IMG/VR virus record: IMGVR_UViG_3300025015_000053
Span: 1-44,765 of that record
Source of the DNA: a virus
Lineage: Duplodnaviria; Caudoviricetes
Reading direction: 5' to 3' (one strand)
DNA length: 44,765 nucleotides
The position numbers were made by a program, and so were the translations under genes. Within the stretch, counting starts at the first letter, position 1. The number at the start of each line of letters is the position of its first letter. Shown one piece after another: positions 25,886 through 35,302 of this stretch. Below the pieces are notes generated by a model. That model worked only from the letters and a program-made list of their open reading frames with translations, searched no databases and was not told the DNA's origin.

Positions 25886-25906
25886 CTATATTATACAATT
25901 ACCCTA
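25886..25906 (-). promoter_or_regulatory. Repeated promoter-like motif TAGGRTAATTGTATAATATAG, copy 1
   Basis: 20/21 identical to 34804-34824; contains TATAAT; at a gene junction. Confidence 0.55.
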
Positions 25907-26834
25907 AATTCCCTACACAAACCTTCACCAAAGCAGTTATCAAAGCAGGCTCACCAAAATAGAAAATATTAGCTTCAATCAAACTATTGCAAAAACAAGA
26001 ATATTTTTTTATCTCCTCAGAACTCCCTGCCCCCAATAAGCATCTAGAAAAATAGCTCAACATAATCCTTCTAATAGGTTCTGGCTCTAAAGCTAATTGT
26101 CTATAATCTTCCGCAAAATCTCTCCAACTTTTATACAATCCTTTACTTACCTTCCTGCAAATCTCTATTATTTCTTTCTCATCCTCATAGATACAATCAA
26201 GAGCTATTTGTTCTGCCTCTTCTATATTTTTTATATCCTTAATCTGTTCCAAAATAATTAAAGCTGTTCTAGGTATTCCGTTAGCAGCCCGAACGACCAA
26301 TTCTTCTTTTTCTTCAGATAACTCTATTTTTTCTAACCCCGCTACATCCCTAACCAATTCCCTAATATCCCCATCCCGCAACTTACTCAGTCTATACCGA
26401 GAACAACGATTAATAATAGTAGGAATTATCTTCTGAGGATCAGTAGTACAAAGCAAAAAATACATATACTTAGGAGTATCTTCCAATAATTTCAAAAAGG
26501 CATTTTGAGCCTCCTTTGTTAACATATGAACTTCATCAATTAAATAACAAACAGGCCTCCCACCCAAAGGCTTGAGAGAAGATAAATCTATCATCTCTCT
26601 AATAGTATCAATACCCCTAGTATTAGCTCCATTAATCTCTATCAAAGAGCCCTTTACTTTTTGGGTTATTATTCTAGCTACCGTTGTCTTACCGCACCCA
26701 TAAGGGCCTTCTAAAAGAAATGTGTGTGGAATCTTTTCTCCTTTATCAAATAAACTAACTAATCCATTTACTACAGCAGTATTTCCATAAATCTCATTAA
26801 AATCTAAGGGCCTATAATCTGTGTGTAAAGGCAT
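25899..26834 (-). CDS. Clamp loader, DnaX gamma/tau-like AAA+ ATPase
   Basis: YRPLDF, GPYGCGKTT, IDEVHML, NAFLKLLED, TIINRC. Confidence 0.9.
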   Translation of the reverse strand: MPLHTDYRPLDFNEIYGNTAVVNGLVSLFDKGEKIPHTFLLEGPYGCGKTTVARIITQKVKGSLIEINGANTRGIDTIREMIDLSSLKPLGGRPVCYLIDEVHMLTKEAQNAFLKLLEDTPKYMYFLLCTTDPQKIIPTIINRCSRYRLSKLRDGDIRELVRDVAGLEKIELSEEKEELVVRAANGIPRTALIILEQIKDIKNIEEAEQIALDCIYEDEKEIIEICRKVSKGLYKSWRDFAEDYRQLALEPEPIRRIMLSYFSRCLLGAGSSEEIKKYSCFCNSLIEANIFYFGEPALITALVKVCVGNLG

Positions 26835-26857
26835 TTCTCTTTCCCCTTATATAGTCA

Positions 26858-29800
26858 TTACTCCTTTTCCCTAAACCTCCTCTGCCCAACCTTCTTAGCC
26901 AAGTCATAAAATCTACCCACCTTCTCTATTGATTCTTTCAAAAGCGGTAATTTATCTGCCTCATACAAAACTGCTGCAGGATGAATACTATAAACTATCC
27001 AACACCCCCAATCAAAATTCCATTCCACAGAAGCATTCCTATCAAGAATACCTGAAGACTGACCAGAAAAAAATTCTGCTGCAGTATTTCCCAATGCTAA
27101 AATCAACAAAGGCCTTACCATTTCAATTTCTTTTTCTAACCAACTCTTACATTTTTTAACTTCAACAGAAGAAGGCTTTCTATTATCAGGAGGCCTGCAT
27201 TTTATTACATTCGTAATATATGCCTGATTTCTATTTAATCCTATATCATTTAAAATTTCCATCAATAATATCCCAGCTTTCCCAACAAATGGAACCCCTT
27301 GGCTTTCTTCCTCCCTACCTGGGGCCTCTCCTATTATCATAAATCTGGCTTTGCCTTCAATATAATCCGCTAACACAGGCCCTTTACCTTCCTTACCAAG
27401 TCCACAAGAATAACAATCACAAATCTCTTCCCACAAATCAACAATAGAATTTGTAACCAAAAAATAATTATTCAAATTAAACCACTGCTGGCTAAATTGG
27501 CCTTGCTGAAATGTTAAACACTGATCTAATCTATCTATAGAAACAAGATCATCAACAAAAAAATTGTCCTTGCCTATTATTTTTATGCCTCCCCTAACCA
27601 AGCAAATACTCCCTGCCAGTGATTCTAATAATTCTTTATTTGACCGATATAAATCAGAACCATACACCACCATCATAAAATCAGTAGCATCTTCAAAATT
27701 GCCATATATTCCTCCTAAATAATCTGAGACTATCCTTCTGCCCTCAGAAGCCCCTGCCACCCCACCTAAAAATGCTACCTTTTGCTTAAATCCATATTTT
27801 ATATCTTTTACCAAACCCAAGAGATAAAGCTCTTGTAAAGATTTTTGTTTACTATTCAATTCATTTATACCTAACAACATCAGCTTTTCTTTAAAAAGAT
27901 ATTTTCTCAAATTATCTGTAGATAAAACCTGAGATAAAAAACTAACAGGAAAAATAGACACCCCTCCCATCTCAGAAATAAGCATCTGTTGTTTTTCTTT
28001 CTCTTCAAAATCTTCTGCTGAAAATAAATCTTCTTTAAATACAGTATTTGATAACAAATCTCCTGACTCTCCAAAAAGTCTATTTTTACCCCTCAGCCTT
28101 AAAAGGTTCCCTTTTCCTTTCTGTATTGCTCCACCCAAATAAAGAGGAAGAGCTTCTATTAATTTTTTTCTATTAATACTTATATTATCAAACAACCCTG
28201 CCTTAGCCAGAATCTGAACCTTTTGTTTATTCACTTTCCTTCTATCTATTCGATATAAAAAATCCTCAATATTTTTAAAAGAGCCTGATTCTCTACTATC
28301 TAATATTGCCCTTGCTGCTATTTCCCCCAGACCTTTTATTTCTAACAATCCTACCTGCAAAGTATTTTCCAATACTATTTTCCAATGAAAATTACTAATA
28401 TTAATATCAGGGGGTAAAAATTTTACCCCCAGTCTCAAAGCATCTTTAATTGCTGCAATAACCTTATTCTTATCTTCAGTCAAAGCTAGATAGCTAGCAA
28501 AAAATTCAGCAGTATAATATATCTTACAATAACAGCACCAATATCCTATCAATGTATAGGTAGCGGAATGACTCCTATTAAAAGAATAAGAACCCGAATA
28601 ACTCATTTCCTTAAATAGGACCCTTGAAATTTTTTCTGGAATATTATGCCGGTTTTTACACCCTTCTACAAATTGTTCTGTAAATTTAGCAAATCTAGCT
28701 TGTCCCTGTGATTTACTAATAATTTTTCGTATAGTGTCTGCCGTTTTCCACGTAAACCCTGCCAATTCGTATAAAGCTAACATGATTTGTTCTTGATATA
28801 TTATCAATCCATAAGTATCTCTAGTCAACTCCTCCATATATGGGATCATATATTCTATTTTCTCCAACCCTCGTCTTCTTTGGACATAAGAAGTCATTAT
28901 CCCTGATTTAATGCCTCCTGGCCGATGCAATGTATTGGCAGCAACCAAAGTCTCAAATTCTGTTATTGGAGCCAGACTTCTCAACAGTTTAATAAATCCT
29001 TCACTTTCCATTTGAAAAACTGCTAAGGCATTTCCTGTCCCTAATTCTTCAAACACCTTTTTATCATCTAGAGGAATAGATTCAAAATCCAGCTCTTTTC
29101 CTTTAGTCTCTAATACCAATTGTTTTACTAGACTTAATATAGACAGAGTCCGCAGTCCCAAAATATCCAGCTTCATTAATCCTAAATCATCCAGATCATA
29201 TTTATCATAAGCTACCAGGGTTTCTCCACCATTGGTTTCTGTAATTAGAGGAGCTCTTTCTTTCAGGGAAACAGCAGACACTACTACTGCGGCTGCGTGT
29301 CTGCCCCTTTGCCGGACTAATCCCTCAAATTTCTTTGCCTGCCCCACTACTTGGGGATATTTTTGCTCAAATCTTTTACAGCCTTCGAAGATTTGGAAAG
29401 AATCCTCCAAGCTAAAATCTGTCCTTTCATCCCCCTTAGTCCTTTGCACAATCAATTTTGTCACATCATTGACATCCTTTTGAGGAACCTTGAAAACTCT
29501 TGCCACATCCTTTAAAGCCATTCTAGCTTTCATTTCTCCCCAGGTAACCACGCCCGCAACGTGATCTTTTCCATATTTCCTTTTCAGATAATCTATTACT
29601 TCTCCTCTTCTCTTATCTTCAAAATCCATGTCTATATCTGGCAGATCAATCCTTGCTGGAGAAATAAATCTATCAAATAACAATTTATATTTCACCGGAT
29701 CTAGCCGAGTTATATCCAATAAATAACATACCAATGAACCTGACGCAGAGCCTCTGCCTGGCCCAACAAAAATACCCATTTTTCTACAATGATTTATCAA

Positions 29801-30859
29801 ATCCTGAACTATCAGAAAATATCCACTAAACCCTAACTCTATTATTCTATCCAACTCATAAATCAATCGTTCTGAATATTCATCAAAATTCTTTTTTTTT
29901 CTAAAATGATCATCTCCCATAATCTTATTAAAACATAGCTCTATCAACTGTTCATCAGTCGTCTTATTCTCCTCTAAATTTCCCAGAAATTTGCTTCTGA
30001 CCGAAGGCAAGGAAACAAGCAAAGGAGAAAATTCCCAACAGCATTTTTCTGCTACTTCTGTGGTTCTATGGAGAGCATCTAAATATATCTTTTCAGACAT
30101 ACCCAATTGCTCAAAAGAATAAATCATTTCCTCTTCTGACTTCAAAAACAACCCCTCTACATCAAATTTCCACCTCTTAGGATCATCAAGAGTAGTCTTC
30201 CGCTGTAAAGCTAATAAAATTTCGTGAGAAAAGGCCTCTTCTTTTTCTATGTAATGGACATCATTAGAAGCTAACAAACCAATCCCCAATCGCCTGGACA
30301 GATCCAATGCTCTATAATTAATTTCAATCTGGTTTTTAAAATCCAAAGGCATAATTTCCAAATACAAATCCTCTCCAAATCGTTCTCTCAATCCTATCAC
30401 TTTTTCTTCATAATTAGGATGACTCAATACTCCAGAACTACAAGCAGTAGCAACAATAACATCTTTTAATCCTAATATATCATCCCAATCAATTCTAGGC
30501 TTTCTAAAAAAATTAAAAGAAGCCTTAGTTAAAGCCAAGGAAATAGATTGCAAACCCACCCATGACTTAGCCAAAACTAAAACATGAAATCTCTGCTCTC
30601 TCTCTTGCTTATTTCTTTCCGCCCTTAAACCAGGCCAATTTAAATCATCAACTACATAAAACTCACAGCCTATTATAGGCCTAATTCCAGCCTCTTTACA
30701 AGACCGAATAAATCTAAATCCTCCCGAAATACTAGCGTGATCAGTAATACCCAAATATGGAAATTTCATCGCTGCAGCTTTAGCTACCAAATCTTTTATT
30801 TTACAGAAACCATCAAGTAACGAAAACTCAGTGTGAATATGCAGTGGGCAAAATTCCAT
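26858..30859 (-). CDS. dnaE: DNA polymerase III alpha with C-terminal family-4 uracil-DNA glycosylase domain
   Basis: PHP (HIHTEFSLLDG, TDH), GPGRGSASGS, PDIDMDF, KLDILGL, SFNRSH; C-terminus CYSCGL, IGEAPG, NVIKCRPPDNR, IHPA. Confidence 0.93.
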   Translation of the reverse strand: MEFCPLHIHTEFSLLDGFCKIKDLVAKAAAMKFPYLGITDHASISGGFRFIRSCKEAGIRPIIGCEFYVVDDLNWPGLRAERNKQEREQRFHVLVLAKSWVGLQSISLALTKASFNFFRKPRIDWDDILGLKDVIVATACSSGVLSHPNYEEKVIGLRERFGEDLYLEIMPLDFKNQIEINYRALDLSRRLGIGLLASNDVHYIEKEEAFSHEILLALQRKTTLDDPKRWKFDVEGLFLKSEEEMIYSFEQLGMSEKIYLDALHRTTEVAEKCCWEFSPLLVSLPSVRSKFLGNLEENKTTDEQLIELCFNKIMGDDHFRKKKNFDEYSERLIYELDRIIELGFSGYFLIVQDLINHCRKMGIFVGPGRGSASGSLVCYLLDITRLDPVKYKLLFDRFISPARIDLPDIDMDFEDKRRGEVIDYLKRKYGKDHVAGVVTWGEMKARMALKDVARVFKVPQKDVNDVTKLIVQRTKGDERTDFSLEDSFQIFEGCKRFEQKYPQVVGQAKKFEGLVRQRGRHAAAVVVSAVSLKERAPLITETNGGETLVAYDKYDLDDLGLMKLDILGLRTLSILSLVKQLVLETKGKELDFESIPLDDKKVFEELGTGNALAVFQMESEGFIKLLRSLAPITEFETLVAANTLHRPGGIKSGIMTSYVQRRRGLEKIEYMIPYMEELTRDTYGLIIYQEQIMLALYELAGFTWKTADTIRKIISKSQGQARFAKFTEQFVEGCKNRHNIPEKISRVLFKEMSYSGSYSFNRSHSATYTLIGYWCCYCKIYYTAEFFASYLALTEDKNKVIAAIKDALRLGVKFLPPDINISNFHWKIVLENTLQVGLLEIKGLGEIAARAILDSRESGSFKNIEDFLYRIDRRKVNKQKVQILAKAGLFDNISINRKKLIEALPLYLGGAIQKGKGNLLRLRGKNRLFGESGDLLSNTVFKEDLFSAEDFEEKEKQQMLISEMGGVSIFPVSFLSQVLSTDNLRKYLFKEKLMLLGINELNSKQKSLQELYLLGLVKDIKYGFKQKVAFLGGVAGASEGRRIVSDYLGGIYGNFEDATDFMMVVYGSDLYRSNKELLESLAGSICLVRGGIKIIGKDNFFVDDLVSIDRLDQCLTFQQGQFSQQWFNLNNYFLVTNSIVDLWEEICDCYSCGLGKEGKGPVLADYIEGKARFMIIGEAPGREEESQGVPFVGKAGILLMEILNDIGLNRNQAYITNVIKCRPPDNRKPSSVEVKKCKSWLEKEIEMVRPLLILALGNTAAEFFSGQSSGILDRNASVEWNFDWGCWIVYSIHPAAVLYEADKLPLLKESIEKVGRFYDLAKKVGQRRFREKE

Positions 30860-30876
30860 AATCCAAGCCTTTAAAA

Positions 30877-31344
30877 TTATTTAAAAATTCTCTGAATAAC
30901 TTTCAAATCATAACCCAAAATGGATAATGTATCAAATATAATATATTTATATGTCCTATCTTTAATAGCTAAATTCTGATGACTAATTGTAATCATTTCC
31001 TGAATTGGTCTAATATCAGGAAATTCAGCAAACATAACATGCTTATATTTTTCTATATCTTCCACATGCATACCAAAATGACTAATAAAAATCCTTCCTC
31101 TTTCTAATCCCCTAATCTTATGCCAGAAATCTCCCCTCTCATACTGTAGCACTTCAAACTCACATGGCAATAATTGATAATTAAAAAACAACCTTGCTTT
31201 ATTAGTCGTCTTTCTCCCATAAACAAATCCTTCAGCTATAACCTCATCTTCTATCCAATCTCGTAAACCAATTTTTTTTAACATATCAACAATCATTAAA
31301 GGTTCCTCAGCATACACAGCAATCTGATCTATTTTTATCTCCAC
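30877..31344 (-). CDS. VOC/glyoxalase-fold protein
   Basis: IDQIAV, FEVLQY, SHFGMHV, YIIFDT..LGYDLKVIQR. Confidence 0.65.
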   Translation of the reverse strand: MEIKIDQIAVYAEEPLMIVDMLKKIGLRDWIEDEVIAEGFVYGRKTTNKARLFFNYQLLPCEFEVLQYERGDFWHKIRGLERGRIFISHFGMHVEDIEKYKHVMFAEFPDIRPIQEMITISHQNLAIKDRTYKYIIFDTLSILGYDLKVIQRIFK

Positions 31345-31708
31345 CTTCCTTGTCTCCCTCTCCTGTGTATAAATCTATATTATGAACGCCCATAACTCCA
31401 TAATTAGCTAAATCCAAATATGTCTCCCGCAATACAGCTAATACAGAATTAACCTCCTCGGCCCCTTCCAAGATATGATATATGAGTCTTTTTAATCTAA
31501 TATATTTTCTATAAACATCAGAATAACACATTATCATATCAAATTTAATATCTCCCCTCTCATATCTATCCTCACCATACTGATAAACCTTTTTCAATCT
31601 GATTTCAGCCATCTCCTCCAACACATTTTCATAACCCTCTTGAGTTTTCAAGCCTAACTTAATAGCTTTATCAATTCTATCTGTTTTTCCTCCTTTATAA
31701 CAGCACAT
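31307..31708 (-). CDS. DUF1599/Nmad1-like all-alpha nucleotide-modification-associated protein
   Basis: KKVYQYG ... RKYIRL ... ETYLDLANYGVM pattern. Confidence 0.65.
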   Translation of the reverse strand: MCCYKGGKTDRIDKAIKLGLKTQEGYENVLEEMAEIRLKKVYQYGEDRYERGDIKFDMIMCYSDVYRKYIRLKRLIYHILEGAEEVNSVLAVLRETYLDLANYGVMGVHNIDLYTGEGDKEGGDKNRSDCCVC

Positions 31709-31711
31709 CTC

Positions 31712-32446
31712 TCAATCTCCATATTCCAAAATGCAACCAGAAAGATATTTACATCTCTCTTTCTCACTAACCAAATAACCAATAAAATCAGCAAGAATTA
31801 CTGGATCTGTCTCTTCGCCACAAACTATAGAATTTGACTGATACTCTTTAGCGTATTCTTCTGTCCAACTTCTTACTTCCAAGGTTCTTTTCTCTATATA
31901 TTTACTCATACCAGTCCCCTCCAATTTATTTGGAGCAACACCAAATACAGTAACACCATATTTTTTAGTAAGCTCTCTAGCAAGCTGTTTCGTCATTATA
32001 TATGCAGCCCCTTTGCTCGCATTATAAGCTAAACTAGCCGTCATAGGAATCCGATAGGCATTACTAATTATATTTACCACGATCCCCCTAGATTGTTTCA
32101 ACTGATTTAAAAACTGTTTTGTGACTAAATATATTGCTTTTGCATTAACACCAAGAACAGAATCCCAATCAGCTTCAACCAAATTCTCCAAATAATTTAT
32201 CTTATTAATTCCAGCATTATTAATCAGAATATCTACAACAGGCACCTGCTGAGCACAATCAAATATTTCTTTAGCATTAGAAACATCACAGATAATATTT
32301 CTTATTCCCACCACAGCATCCTCTTTATTAGGCAGAGAAATAGCAAGACTTATCACAGCAATTCCCCGATTATTTAAATTTTTAGAAATCTCTAATCCAA
32401 GTCCTTGGCAGCCTCCTGTCACCACTGCTATCCTGCTTCTATTCAT
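31712..32446 (-). CDS. Short-chain dehydrogenase/reductase
   Basis: TGGCQGLG, INNAG, NIIS, YNASK; start reassigned to MNRSRIAVV. Confidence 0.9.
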   Translation of the reverse strand: MNRSRIAVVTGGCQGLGLEISKNLNNRGIAVISLAISLPNKEDAVVGIRNIICDVSNAKEIFDCAQQVPVVDILINNAGINKINYLENLVEADWDSVLGVNAKAIYLVTKQFLNQLKQSRGIVVNIISNAYRIPMTASLAYNASKGAAYIMTKQLARELTKKYGVTVFGVAPNKLEGTGMSKYIEKRTLEVRSWTEEYAKEYQSNSIVCGEETDPVILADFIGYLVSEKERCKYLSGCILEYGD

Positions 32447-32468
32447 AACAATCTCTCCTCTTAACCAA

Positions 32469-33206
32469 TTAAATTGGCTGAACTTCATGTTTTGTTATTA
32501 GCCAAATCTTTTTTGCTTCAGTCTTCATCTCTTTTCTCTCTAATAAAACTTCTTTTATTGGACAGCCAGTATAATTAGGAAATGCACAAATTCCTTTATC
32601 TACACAATAGACCTCCAAAAATGACTCTGCCCAAAAATGTATTTTTATAACCTCTTCCCTAATCTTCCGAGCCACATCTTGAAATTCCCCTTGAGCCTTA
32701 TAACACAACCTAATATTCATTATTGTACTCAAGGCCCTCAAGTTAACCTTAAACAATATATTAGTCAAAATATTAGTAGGCAGTAATCCTCTAGCATCCT
32801 GTATATTTGCCCCTTTACCAAGACAGGCCTTATAATTATCCCTAATAGCCTCCATCCCCTTATGATATTCTTCCAAATCTTTACAAGTATTCGCAGCCAA
32901 ATATTCAAACTCAGAAGCGTCTATAACCCTTTGTGCCTCTTGAGCAAAAGATACTCCCACTCTATGCCTCACCAATTGGTGAGTAAAAGCTCTAGAAACC
33001 CCTATAATCAAAAATACATAATCTACAAATTCCCAGCTACTATTTATTGTTCCTTTAATATATTGAAGTTCTTTCAATTTCTCCTTTTCGGATAATTTTT
33101 TAATATCATCTAACTCTGCACTCTCTGTTAAAAGCCTAGTTTGTTTACTAAAAATAAGCAATTCTAAAGCATCAGAAGTATAATTCACCAATTTAACATC
33201 CATCAA
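32469..33206 (-). CDS. thyX: Divergent flavin-dependent thymidylate synthase (ThyX family)
   Basis: GVSRAFTHQLVRHR, QDARGLLP, NLRAL, RLCYKAQGEF; signature Ser appears replaced (AQEAQRV). Confidence 0.82.
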   Translation of the reverse strand: MMDVKLVNYTSDALELLIFSKQTRLLTESAELDDIKKLSEKEKLKELQYIKGTINSSWEFVDYVFLIIGVSRAFTHQLVRHRVGVSFAQEAQRVIDASEFEYLAANTCKDLEEYHKGMEAIRDNYKACLGKGANIQDARGLLPTNILTNILFKVNLRALSTIMNIRLCYKAQGEFQDVARKIREEVIKIHFWAESFLEVYCVDKGICAFPNYTGCPIKEVLLERKEMKTEAKKIWLITKHEVQPI

Positions 33207-34216
33207 ACCCCTCCCCTTCTTGAAAAATATTTTTGGGATAAAACAGGAGATTCAATATACTTTTTAATTTTTTGGGCATCCTGCAATATTTCATCAGCTT
33301 TCAAGTTTTTCCATAAAGCAAACCTCCCCAAACTATAAATATTATAATCTGTTGTAAGTTTATAAAGAAGTGTCTGCCTAACTTCATCTTGCAAAGGCTT
33401 TATTTTACCATATTTCTGAATAAAGCAATCAAATGTTCCTTTTCCAGGCAAATGGATCTTTGACAATCCAAATGCTCCGAGAACCTCTAAAAGTTCCTCT
33501 TCTTTGCATTCTCTAATAGCTTCTATAATAATCTCCTTAAAATCAATAGAAGCTCTATAAACAGGAAACTCCAAATCAGGAAAATAAATCGTTTGACATA
33601 ATTCATTAAATTCAGGCTCAAAATCTGCTCTATATATAAATATAGGACTAGATTTAAATTTTATTCTTTCATCTAAATCTAGCCCCAAACAATTAACCAC
33701 AAATTCCATAGGCAATGTACTAATAATTGTATCACAATCTATCTCCCCCTTCCCTTTACAATCCTCGGCCTCATAACTTACCCAACCAAGACCCACCTGA
33801 GACACCCTACCAGGTAAAACCTTAATCCAACCTCTGTTTATTCTACTTTCTCTGAAATGGCCCCGGGTCTTAGGCAACCATCTCATCCTCGGGGTCAAAT
33901 CTTTAATTGACTTTATTATCAAAGCTTCTACTGTTTTAAGACTATACAAATTTGAAAATAATATATTAGATTCAGTATACACCTTCCCTCGATAATATAT
34001 AGCCTTATAAACAATAATCTCTATAAGATCAATACCCAACAAGGCCCCTAAATCTGCATTCTGAAACCGGAATAAAGCCTTATGATCCCAATACTTACTG
34101 TCCCCTATAATGCAGATTTCATTCAGGATTTCTTTTTCCCACGTAGATAATACTGCCTGCATTATAGAGCCAGCTAAACCCAACCCTAATATTACTATTT
34201 TCTTTTTATTAGCCAT
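33203..34216 (-). CDS. FAD-dependent oxidoreductase (Glf/amine oxidase-like fold)
   Basis: IVILGLGLAG Rossmann motif, IISTLP, YSLGRFALWK. Confidence 0.7.
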   Translation of the reverse strand: MANKKKIVILGLGLAGSIMQAVLSTWEKEILNEICIIGDSKYWDHKALFRFQNADLGALLGIDLIEIIVYKAIYYRGKVYTESNILFSNLYSLKTVEALIIKSIKDLTPRMRWLPKTRGHFRESRINRGWIKVLPGRVSQVGLGWVSYEAEDCKGKGEIDCDTIISTLPMEFVVNCLGLDLDERIKFKSSPIFIYRADFEPEFNELCQTIYFPDLEFPVYRASIDFKEIIIEAIRECKEEELLEVLGAFGLSKIHLPGKGTFDCFIQKYGKIKPLQDEVRQTLLYKLTTDYNIYSLGRFALWKNLKADEILQDAQKIKKYIESPVLSQKYFSRRGGV

Positions 34217-34773
34217 CCCCGTTTCTCCCCAAATTTCCTTGCCATTTCTATTCTAGCTTTTACATTACTGCATCTAATCCCAGCTTTTTCCAATCCCTTC
34301 TCCATTAATAATATAACCTCTGCAACATCTTTGTTCCCCATTATCTCAAGACATTCATAAGCAAGGAAAGCTGAAGTTCCTCTGGTAAAAGGATTACCCT
34401 GCTTTAAATATCTCTCAGCAAAACTATCAATCCCTTCTGGAATTTCTATTTCCTTTTCTTCTTTCTTTTCTTCTTTCTTTTCTTCTATTATCAAAGACTC
34501 TTCTTCAAGCCCAATCCCTTCTTCCTCAAGCAGCCCTCGTTTTTCTGCCTCCCTATTAAACCATTCTGCCATCTCTTTTGTTATTCGCTCATCACCTTCT
34601 GCCCCTCCTATAGCTTCTAGAACAGCTACAGTTACCTCCTCCAAATTCTCCTCAGATACAGGAATATCCCCTTCCTCAATCACTTCCATAATTAGAGCAT
34701 ACCTTTCCAACTCCGTATTCTCATGTATACTCTCCTTCTTAACTCTTTCCTTCTTATTTCCCTTCTTAGCCAT
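34195..34773 (-). CDS. Acidic hypothetical protein
   Basis: 192-aa ORF with AAGGAGG SD. Confidence 0.65.
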   Translation of the reverse strand: MAKKGNKKERVKKESIHENTELERYALIMEVIEEGDIPVSEENLEEVTVAVLEAIGGAEGDERITKEMAEWFNREAEKRGLLEEEGIGLEEESLIIEEKKEEKKEEKEIEIPEGIDSFAERYLKQGNPFTRGTSAFLAYECLEIMGNKDVAEVILLMEKGLEKAGIRCSNVKARIEMARKFGEKRGWLIKRK

Positions 34774-34803
34774 TTTTCTAGCCCTCCTTAATTTATCCTT
34801 TAT

Positions 34804-34824
34804 CTATATTATACAATTATCCTA
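34804..34824 (-). promoter_or_regulatory. Repeated promoter-like motif, copy 2
   Basis: TAGGATAATTGTATAATATAG upstream of the nucleotide-modification block. Confidence 0.55.
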
Positions 34825-35237
34825 CCAATTTCTTCGTAATTAAATTCTTGACTTCTTTCTTTTCCTTTCCTATCAACCGCAAACAGATATTCACAAGCAT
34901 CAAATACTTCACCCAATCTTTTTCTTTTTATCATAATTTTCTTCTTTCTATTCTTGGCCTCATTCATTAATAACCTATACAAAAACGAACTGAATTTACA
35001 CCTTTTCCCCTGCTTCCCTACCCTGGTGGGGTCATAGGCATTCAAAGCTTCCAAAAAAACAACTATTCCATCCTGCACCAAATCCTCATAATCTCCCGAA
35101 TAATCACTATACCGCAAGGCCTCATAGGTAGTGCTCGCCCACCAACATATCATCTTTTTCACCAATCTCAAATCAATCAGTCTGATATCAATCTTTCTCA
35201 TCTCCTTTCTCTCTCCTTTCATCATTCTAATCTCCAA
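34809..35237 (-). CDS. Sigma-70 region 2-like protein
   Basis: DYEDLVQDGIVVFLEALNAYDP...KFSSFLYRLLMN; no region 4 seen. Confidence 0.7.
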   Translation of the reverse strand: MEIRMMKGERKEMRKIDIRLIDLRLVKKMICWWASTTYEALRYSDYSGDYEDLVQDGIVVFLEALNAYDPTRVGKQGKRCKFSSFLYRLLMNEAKNRKKKIMIKRKRLGEVFDACEYLFAVDRKGKERSQEFNYEEIGRIIV

Positions 35238-35302
35238 TCCATTTAAAATACCCTAGGAGAAGCCTAAAACAGGCCGAAATTTGGATGTTCTTTCCTTCCC
35301 CC

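Noticed and set aside
14735-30859. Inteins or introns in terL, recA or dnaE
   Set aside because: No C/S...HN splice junctions or homing-endonuclease motifs seen; extra length in DnaE is explained by the UDG domain
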